64,000 nt of DNA. Source: Octopus sinensis (lineage: Eukaryota). Within the stretch, counting starts at the first letter, position 1. Every line of letters starts with the position of its first letter. The DNA lies in contig NC_042998.1 of assembly GCF_006345805.1 (NCBI RefSeq), positions 36,394,001-36,458,000 of the forward strand, read 5' to 3'. Of this stretch, positions 53,476 to 64,000 are shown one piece after another. The position numbers and the translations under genes were made by a program. The notes beneath the pieces are model-generated. The model worked only from the letters and a program-made list of their open reading frames with translations. It did not search any database and was not told the origin of the DNA.

Positions 53476-53527
53476 TACATTATCGAGCGATTACTGTTTC
53501 AATCTCATTCTGAGATTTAATTATGCT
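53434..53527 (+). repeat. 94-bp perfect direct repeat, right copy
   Basis: Identical to 47531-47624. Confidence 0.92.
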
Positions 53528-54011
53528 GATATCATTAAAAAATTGCCAAATTCCGTACGAAGGCCGTTTAGATCTTGCGTATTATGCTATTTGATCATAT
53601 AATTTTGGTTTTAGTGAAGGACGCATATTTAGGCAAAGAAAATGTCTGATTCAGTAGACGCAAATAGGTTACTGATATATTTATGCTCTCGAAGCCACTG
53701 TCAAGGTAAATTTAACACTATTGGTTTGAAAACATAGAAAGAATTACGGAACACAGGATTTCACTGAATCTAATTATAAGCACACATCCAAGTCGGTGGG
53801 GAGAGAAATTTCACTTCAAACATAAAGTGAATTGTATACATGTGTAGCTTCGGCTTTCCACACACATACACACACACACACACTCACACACATATACGAA
53901 CATGGATAGTATATATGTATGTATTTATATATAAACATGTATATATATATATATATATAATATATATATAGTTATAACACATACGTATATATATATATAA
54001 ATATAAACATG

Positions 54012-54053
<42 letters not shown>

Positions 54054-54059
54054 TGTATG

Positions 54060-54212
54060 TATGTACAACAGGCTTCTTTCAGATTCCGTCTACTACATCC
54101 AATCACAAGGATTTGGTCAGCTATTGTCCATAGTAGAAAACGCTTGCCCAAGGTGTCACACAGTGGGACTGAAACTGGAACCACGTGGTTGAGATGCAAG
54201 CTTCTTAGCACA
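54060..54212 (-). mobile_element. SINE family 2 inside (TA)n
   Basis: Contains cttctttcagattccgtctac...gtgggactgaaactggaaccacgtgg. Confidence 0.7.
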
Positions 54213-54369
54213 CAAACATATATATATATATACATATATATATATAAATGTTTACATATATGTATATATATATAAATATGTGTACATATATATGTATATA
54301 TATATATATACATATATGTATACATTTATATATATATATAATATATATATGTATATATATATATATATG

Positions 54370-54400
<31 letters not shown>

Positions 54401-54401
<1 letters not shown>

Positions 54402-54838
54402 ATAAATATTAGGGAATAAATCCAAATTTACAGAGAAAAATCAGATTTAGGGTTGAATCCAATTTTATAGTAAAATATAATATAATATTAATTAGAGACA
54501 AAACCACTATTATGCAAATCAAACAAAGAAAGAATTAATCCAATACATAAAAAATTTTAAATAAATTAAATATAATTAAGATATCCACTACGATCGTTCT
54601 TGTCACTTCTATGGACATTCATCAGGTGGTTTCAAGACCTTCTATGCAATTTTAAACTTCATAGTTTAAAATTGCATAGAAGGTCTTGAAACCACCTGAT
54701 GATGTCCATAGAAGTGACAAGAAACGATCGTAGTGGATATCTTAATTATATTTAATTTATATAAAATTTTTATGTATTGGATTAATCTTTCTTTGTTTGA
54801 TTTGCATAATAGTGGTTTGTCTCTAATTAATATTATAT
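54401..54838. mobile_element. Penelope-like pseudo-LTR palindrome (about 177-bp arms, 4-nt loop) inside (TA)n
   Basis: Arms 54482-54658 and 54663-54838 are reverse complements; each holds a hammerhead motif. Confidence 0.8.
54692..54736 (+). ncRNA. Minimal type I hammerhead (mirror copy at 54585-54629, minus)
   Basis: ccac-CTGATGA-(a)tgtc(catagaagt)gaca-a-GAAAC-gatc-GTA-gtgg; palindromic stem III ACGATCGT. Confidence 0.7.
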
Positions 54839-54863
54839 ATATATATATATGTATATGTAATAT

Positions 54864-54920
<57 letters not shown>

Positions 54921-54923
<3 letters not shown>

Positions 54924-55029
54924 GTTGTATACTGTCAACATAACGTGACAGTCCCGTATGGGAATTACACCATCGCTGTTTAGCCCTAGGAAGGGGGACT
55001 GTCACGTTATATTGACAGTATACACCCAC
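54921..55029. mobile_element. Short fold-back element, 35-bp inverted arms around a 39-bp family X-like core
   Basis: Arms 54921-54955 and 54995-55029 (2 mismatches); the core reverse complement reads cttcctagggctaaacagc. Confidence 0.7.
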
Positions 55030-55084
55030 TCTATCGCTCCACCACCGCTCATGTTTCTTTGAGACATTTAGAAATTTAATATTT

Positions 55085-57822
<2,738 letters not shown>

Positions 57823-57844
57823 TACTTCTAGGATAACAAAGGCT

Positions 57845-57919
57845 TTTTGCTGAAGAGTCTAGCCTTGGCAGATAAATTATATTCATCTGCTAAAAAAAAG
57901 ACGAAACTGCAGTACAAGA
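57845..57919 (+). ncRNA. Type I hammerhead ribozyme with a fully canonical core
   Basis: ttttg-CTGAAGA-gtct[38 nt incl. gcagat/atctgc hairpin]agac-GAAAC-tgca-GTA-caaga; G10.1-C11.1 pair and palindromic stem III. Confidence 0.75.
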
Positions 57920-58112
57920 TGAGCTGAGTTTGTAAACGTTTTTGATTTTCATTTCATGAATTTATCCTCTTTTTGTGTATCTAGTACTTACTTCTTCTTT
58001 TAGAGGCCTTTTAATGTACTTATATATGAATAACGTATAGTCTAATGACTAATTTGTCTTTTGTGCTAGTTCACTGGTAATAATTATTTATTTTATTACC
58101 CTTTTTACTATG

Positions 58113-58184
<72 letters not shown>

Positions 58185-58482
58185 GTTGAAATTTATAGAA
58201 AAACAAAAGACGCAGAACGAGCAGGTTTATTGGTTTGACGCTTGGGAAAAGAAAAACGTCCTCTACGTTTCGAGCCTACAGAAAGGAGTAAGAGAAAATA
58301 AACAGAGAGATAATGAAAAAAAAAAACCTAGCGGTCAAAAAATAGTTTGAAAGAGGAGGCTGGAAGAAATGGAGGTGCGCGCGCACACACACACACCCTG
58401 ATAAGCACATATTAGCTATATTATTGAACGCAACCCGCTTACATTTACACCACTGCGCATGCACACTCGGAATTTAACCTTT

Positions 58483-58697
58483 TCTTCTCTAGGCACAAGG
58501 ACTGAAAAATTTGGGGAAATTAATGAATCTATTACATCGACCCCAGTGCGTAACTGGTACTTAATTTATCGACTCCGAAAGGATGAAAGGCAAAGTCGAC
58601 CTCGGCAGAATTTGAACTCAGAATGTAAAGACAGACGAAATACCGCTAAGCATTTCGCCCGGCGTGCTAACGTTCCCGCCAGCTCGCCGCCTTACAC
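58483..58697 (-). mobile_element. SINE family 1 monomer (tail B)
   Basis: Full head and core, with no A segment. Confidence 0.8.
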
Positions 58698-58949
58698 TTA
58701 GAATATAACATCAACGTACTTAAACAACACATAACCAAAACGCCCAATATAACAGGAAGCACTCATTTAATCCCGAAACCTGCAAAGATATACGAACACG
58801 CAAACGCATACACAGTAATCCGTCGCCATATTGCAGTTCACCTATTGTGGTTTATTATTTAAGCGTACGTCGATTCCTCTGTACTCTTGTTTTGCATTTG
58901 TAATATAATATGTAAAAATTATAAAAATAATAAGATATACTGTACGGAA

Positions 58950-59032
58950 CTCTTTCTACTTCGCGGATTTTCACCTATCGCGGGGTGGGGGTTGGAACGT
59001 AACACCTGCAATGGTCGAGAGATTACAATACA
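58950..59032 (-). mobile_element. Possible pogo/Tigger-like terminal inverted repeat remnant
   Basis: The reverse complement t(t)gtaatctctcg..gttacgttcca..cccgcgataggtgaaaatccgcg resembles recalled pogo-type ends; no partner TIR found. Confidence 0.35.
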
Positions 59033-61089
59033 CCGACCCCCGCCCCACTCGCACTTACGTTCCTTTCAATATAAAGGCATTCCGACAAGTATACAGACAA
59101 ACTCCTGCAGATATTTCTCTTACACTAATGTCACACTCTAACACACGCACGAGATGTACATAGATACGCCCACAGATGCATAAAAAAAGCATCGGCAGAA
59201 ACCCAACAGCATATATTCACCGAAATAATGCGCAGACGCCCAACCATGTGCGTACATATGATTACATGATACTATACAGTAACACACAGACACACACACA
59301 CACATCCAGCGAACACTCACATAAATACATTCAACCAAAACAAATTGACACCTGAATGGGACACATCGCCACATAAACAAGTACACAAGAAGTTTCTTCT
59401 AACGCTGAAATTCTGGGTTGGTGTCCGAAGGGCTGGGAGACCGCTGGAAGTGAGGCAGCCGTTAGCGTTTTTTTAAAGCATGTTAATAGAACCCGCACCA
59501 AACCCGTCTGACAATCGGTGGTGATTTGACCCACGAATCCTCTGTGACGGTCGACAATCGACGACAATATGAGCCGCTATGGGTCACACTATGTGTATGA
59601 CCAGTGACCGCATGTGAACTTGTATTCCCGATGAAACTGAACGACCAAACCGTCGGATGTGGTCATCAGTCGTGAGGGACGTGGTGAACTCGTTTATGTA
59701 CATGCTCATTTATTGAAAACCAAATTTAATCACAATCTGATGATGTGAACCGGTTACACGGATAAAATAATAGAAAGAGGGTGATGAGAGTCAGTGTGGG
59801 AGCAGAGAAAAAGAAGACAAGTCTATGCGTTTATCTAGAAGAAAATGAAGAAACAAGTCTAAAAGAGGCAATCCCTGACGGTAATAAGTGGCAGAATGTG
59901 CAGAACACAAAAATAGAAAATAGAAAAATGTGGAAAAGAGGAAATTAAACTTTTAAGGAAAGTAGATTCACTCCATGGCTTTTCAAAAACACGAAAAAGA
60001 TAATGGACGGTAAAAACGGTAAACTGGATCAAGAGAACGATAGAGTAACAAGACTGTTTGCCCAAATATCATATCTCATTGCATTTCAGACAATCAATTC
60101 ATAATTGTGTTCAGAATCAATACCAAAAGTATAAGCATGGGTAAAATTGCTGGCATAATATTCTGGAAACTTTACTGGAAATTTCGTTTTCCATAACCAC
60201 GTAAAGTCTGTAACCTCTTTCTGGGAATAGAAAGGCTAGTCTTCGAAAACAATGAAATGAGGTTGTTTTGCGAATTTCATACACAAACCGAAAGAATAAC
60301 GGGACACAACAGATTGAGTATTGTAGTCGTTGATGAGAAAAAGAAGAAAAACAGAACTGTGTAGTATTCGACGTAACATATCCAAAGGAAAGGAGAAAAA
60401 ACCCCACCGATTTGAAGTGTTAACTTCTCAGGTGCTCATACATAAAACCACGAACTGATGAAAGCTAGCAAACAGAAATTACTGAGGATGTTTTCCTTGA
60501 AAAATCAATAAATATTGTATTCTATTCAAAGTTATTGATCGATCCTTTATTTTTAATGTTTAATTGCTTATATATATATAACTTTATATACACGGAAATA
60601 TTAGTATATGTGTGTATCTGTGTCTGTGTTTGAATACGGATCTGTTTACACGCATATTTATATATCATTTTTTTTTTTACAAATGAATATGTATACGTAA
60701 ATGTAACGTATTGAGTGCTTCAGAAAACACTGCTCGATGAGTCATTAACTAGTTTATAAAACACAGTCGAAACTTATGAATGAATTAATTATGAAATGGA
60801 CCGAGATAAATTAATAAAGCATATTAAATATATGACGGAAAGTAAATAAATATATAAATAAAAAAACTGGATGATAATTTTAAATCTTTTAATAATTTCT
60901 GAAGCGCATGTTGCAGATATGAGATGCAAGTAGTTGCTGTGGAGAGATAAATGTATTGACTTTAATGGAACAGCTTTGTGGCGGTTGCTATGAGACGGAC
61001 AGCTGTGGGTTGCAACACGACGTAGTTTCCTATTCATTGTAGCGAAATAGCGAGACTTTGTAATAAAATGACTCGGTGATGTTTTTAAT

Positions 61090-61760
61090 GACAGAACTCA
61101 ATCCATGGGTGAATATGTGGTGATTTATGAATTAGTCTTCTCCAAATTGAGCGATCACTGGTTGGCTGGTACCAAGTATTATTGGGAATTAACAGATCTT
61201 TTAAGATCTCCTCGGCAGCGTCTTTCCTTCTCAGATCAATTCTACCAATGTTTTGATAGCCATATGTCATTTGACGCAACATGCTTTCTTTTGGTGCCTA
61301 TCATCACCAAGACCCGCAAAATGGTGTGTCCGACGGAATTTTCTATCCATGAATTAACGGTGCATCGGTTGAAAGCCAGTCTTCTTCATGGCTTTAGTGT
61401 TTGAGATAGGCTGTGAATATTTCATGTTCAAAATGGCTCTCAGATATCGCATGACAAACGAACAGATCCATTTAGTTTGTGTTTTGTAAATTATCCATGT
61501 TTCTGCGTCACTCCGTACACACACACATACACATACACACACATACAGATGTGCGTGTGTGTTATTGGACCGGCAACCGTAAGGAAAGGAAACGTTGGCT
61601 GGCAAACTGAATATAAACGTATCATCATTGAAATAGCAGTCGGCGTCCCGACAGACTTTCTGGTTAGCACGTCTAACGAAAAATTAACTTCAATTTCTTT
61701 TTTAGTATGCACCACACTTGATAATGAGCTGCGTTACATATGACCCACTTAATGAACGAT
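61090..61760 (-). pseudogene. RTE-clade LINE RT C-terminal remnant
   Basis: DAETWIIY...FVMRYLRAIL and R.KD....LKDLLI..NTW....DRSIWRRLIH; interrupted by (TG)n. Confidence 0.6.
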
Positions 61761-62805
61761 TTTATCCATGCCTGAGTTCTACCTTCAAGAACGTATCTCT
61801 GCAAAAAATGTCATTTAAAATCTATTACTGAGGAAGTTACCAGCAAAGAAACCAAGATACGAGACCCTAAAATATAATTGTGCTTAATCGAAGTAATGTG
61901 GAATATGTAGCTATGTTATTATTTAACTTCGTGTCAGTTCTCAATAAATATACAAGCAAAAAAAGGCCTTCCATCTATGATTCTCATATCATTTTTCAAT
62001 GTAACCTTTTTTAATATGTCCGACGGCAATTTGGATATCATTTCTAGCTTTTCTATCGATCACATACAGAAAGCTATCACTTATTTACACATGTGACTAA
62101 GTGCTTCTGAAACATTTTAAGAAGTATCGTTGTTTTAAATCTGCTACAAGATTTTAGACCGTGAAAATAATTGGACCAGAATGAGAGCAAAATATTTTGG
62201 TAAGTAGAAAATGTTAGACAAAAGATATGAAAAGCGGTCGTTGCCATTAAAACCAAGGAGAAAACATGGTATGATAATGTATGCAATTCCGAATGATTTA
62301 TTTCTGGTGAATAATTTCCGTTGTACGCCTGGAAGTTACAAAGAACTGAATTATTTCAAAGCAGGAGACAGGAAGTAGATGTCACAGTGAATTCAAAAGA
62401 AATAAAAAAAATCTTACAGCAATTTGATTGTGAATTTGAAGCACATTATAATACGAAAGGTAGAGCAACATTTCATGAGAATAGATGAAAATTACAATTT
62501 TAAATATTTTAGTATTCTTTCTGGATTTAAAAAATATTTGATTGACCAAAAGTACAGTTATATTGATATATATTTCTTAATCTTTCTCAAATAAAATGGT
62601 AATAATTATTGATAATTTTAAGTTCGATTCCTGCAGTGGGTAACTTAGTTTTTCAACGCTTTGGGATCGACAATATTATTTACTTACCAGTCAAGTACTG
62701 AGGTTGATGGTGTGGACTTCTCTCTTCACCTCATAACTGCTGGCTTTGTACCTGGGTCGGAAGCAATCATCTACCATGACCATCATCATTATTATTCATA
62801 GTAGT

Positions 62806-63405
62806 AAGGTGGTGAGCTGGCAGAACCGTTAGCACACCGGGCGAAATACTTAGCGTTAGTTCGTCTGCCTTTAAGTTCTGAGTTCAAATTCCGCCGAGGT
62901 CGACTTTGCCTTACATCCTTTCGGGATCGATTAAATAAGTACTAGTTACGCACTGGGGTCGATATAATCGACTTATTCCGTCTGTCTGTCCTTGTTTGTC
63001 CTCTCTGTGTTTAGCCCCTTGTGGGTAGTAAAGAAATAGGTATTTCGTCTGCCGTTACGTTCTGAGTTCAAATTCTGCCGAGGTCGACTTTGCCTTTCAT
63101 CCTTTCGGGGTTGATAAATTAAGTACCAGTCACGCACTGGGGTCGATGTAATCGACTTAATCTGTTTGTCTGTCCTTGTTTGTCCTCTGTGTGTTTACCC
63201 CCTTGTGGGTAGTAAAAAAATAGAAATAGGTAGTTCGTCTGCCGCTATGTTCTGAGTTCAAATTCCGCCGAGGTCCACTTTGGCTTTCATCCTTTCGAGG
63301 TCGATTAAATACGTACGTGTTGCGTATTGGGGTCGATGTAATCGATTCAATACCCCCCACCAAATTTCAGGCGTGGTACCTATATTAGAAAGGATTATTA
63401 TTCAT
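62806..63405 (+). mobile_element. SINE family 1 trimer (head-core-A-core-A-core-B)
   Basis: Cores start at about 62855, 63039 and 63229 (119 bp); A segments are 62974-63038 and 63158-63228; the tail ends gaaaggattattatt. Confidence 0.88.
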
Positions 63406-63639
63406 AGTAGTAGTAATAGTAGTAGCAACAATAGTATTAGCAGTATTAGAATTACTATTATAGTATTTTAGAAGAAGGAGCTTACCAAAGAAAATTCCTA
63501 GAACACAGAGGAACACATTGATTATGAAATTGGAAAAAAAGCGAAATTTTCTGAACTTTTATTTGGAAAAACAAGATGCAGCATAAGAAACGTTGTGTAG
63601 GTTCTTCAGCCACTACCAACTGCTATGAAAGCGAGGTAA

Positions 63640-63646
63640 TAATGTA

Positions 63647-63681
<35 letters not shown>

Positions 63682-64000
63682 CATAATATATATATATATA
63701 CATACATATATATATATATATATCATACATATATATATATATACATACATATATATATATATATATACATACTATATATATATATATATACATACATATA
63801 TATATATATACATACATATATATATATACATACATATATATATATATACATACATATATATATATATACATACATATATATATATATACATACATATATA
63901 TATATATAATACATACATATATATATATACATACATATATATATATATACTACATATATATATATATACATACATATATATATATATACATACATATATA
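63640..64000. repeat. (TATA..CATA)n compound microsatellite
   Basis: Direct. Confidence 0.95.

Noticed and set aside
58258-58290. GAAACGTA hammerhead remnant on the minus strand
   Set aside because: Most of the CUGANGA core and half of stem II are absent; too degraded to call.

Overview
AT-rich eukaryotic intergenic or intronic DNA with no host protein-coding exon that I can support. The SINE families and microsatellite load look like a cephalopod (Octopus-type) genome; this is inferred from recalled repeat families and not verified. Most long ORFs in the supplied track are microsatellite translations. Recognisable content: two Tc1/mariner transposase remnants, a near full-length Tx1/L1-clade LINE (47.6-53.2 kb) plus several fragments, stacked R4/Dong-clade fragments in (TAA)n, RTE and L2/CR1-like remnants, and three tRNA-derived SINE families. 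The most striking feature is a 4.3-kb array of about 491-bp near-identical units (14828-19158) sitting between (TA)n tracts. Each unit carries a type I hammerhead ribozyme motif with a palindromic stem III, and the array ends in an inverted copy, giving a retrozyme or Penelope pseudo-LTR-like structure. Six further unrelated hammerhead-like loci occur in the window, and three other loci share the same diverging twin-3'-end architecture. Other notable items: a SINE with swappable 3' tails whose internal copies have lost AATAAA, a perfect 94-bp direct repeat around the LINE, and an ORF1-only LINE derivative.
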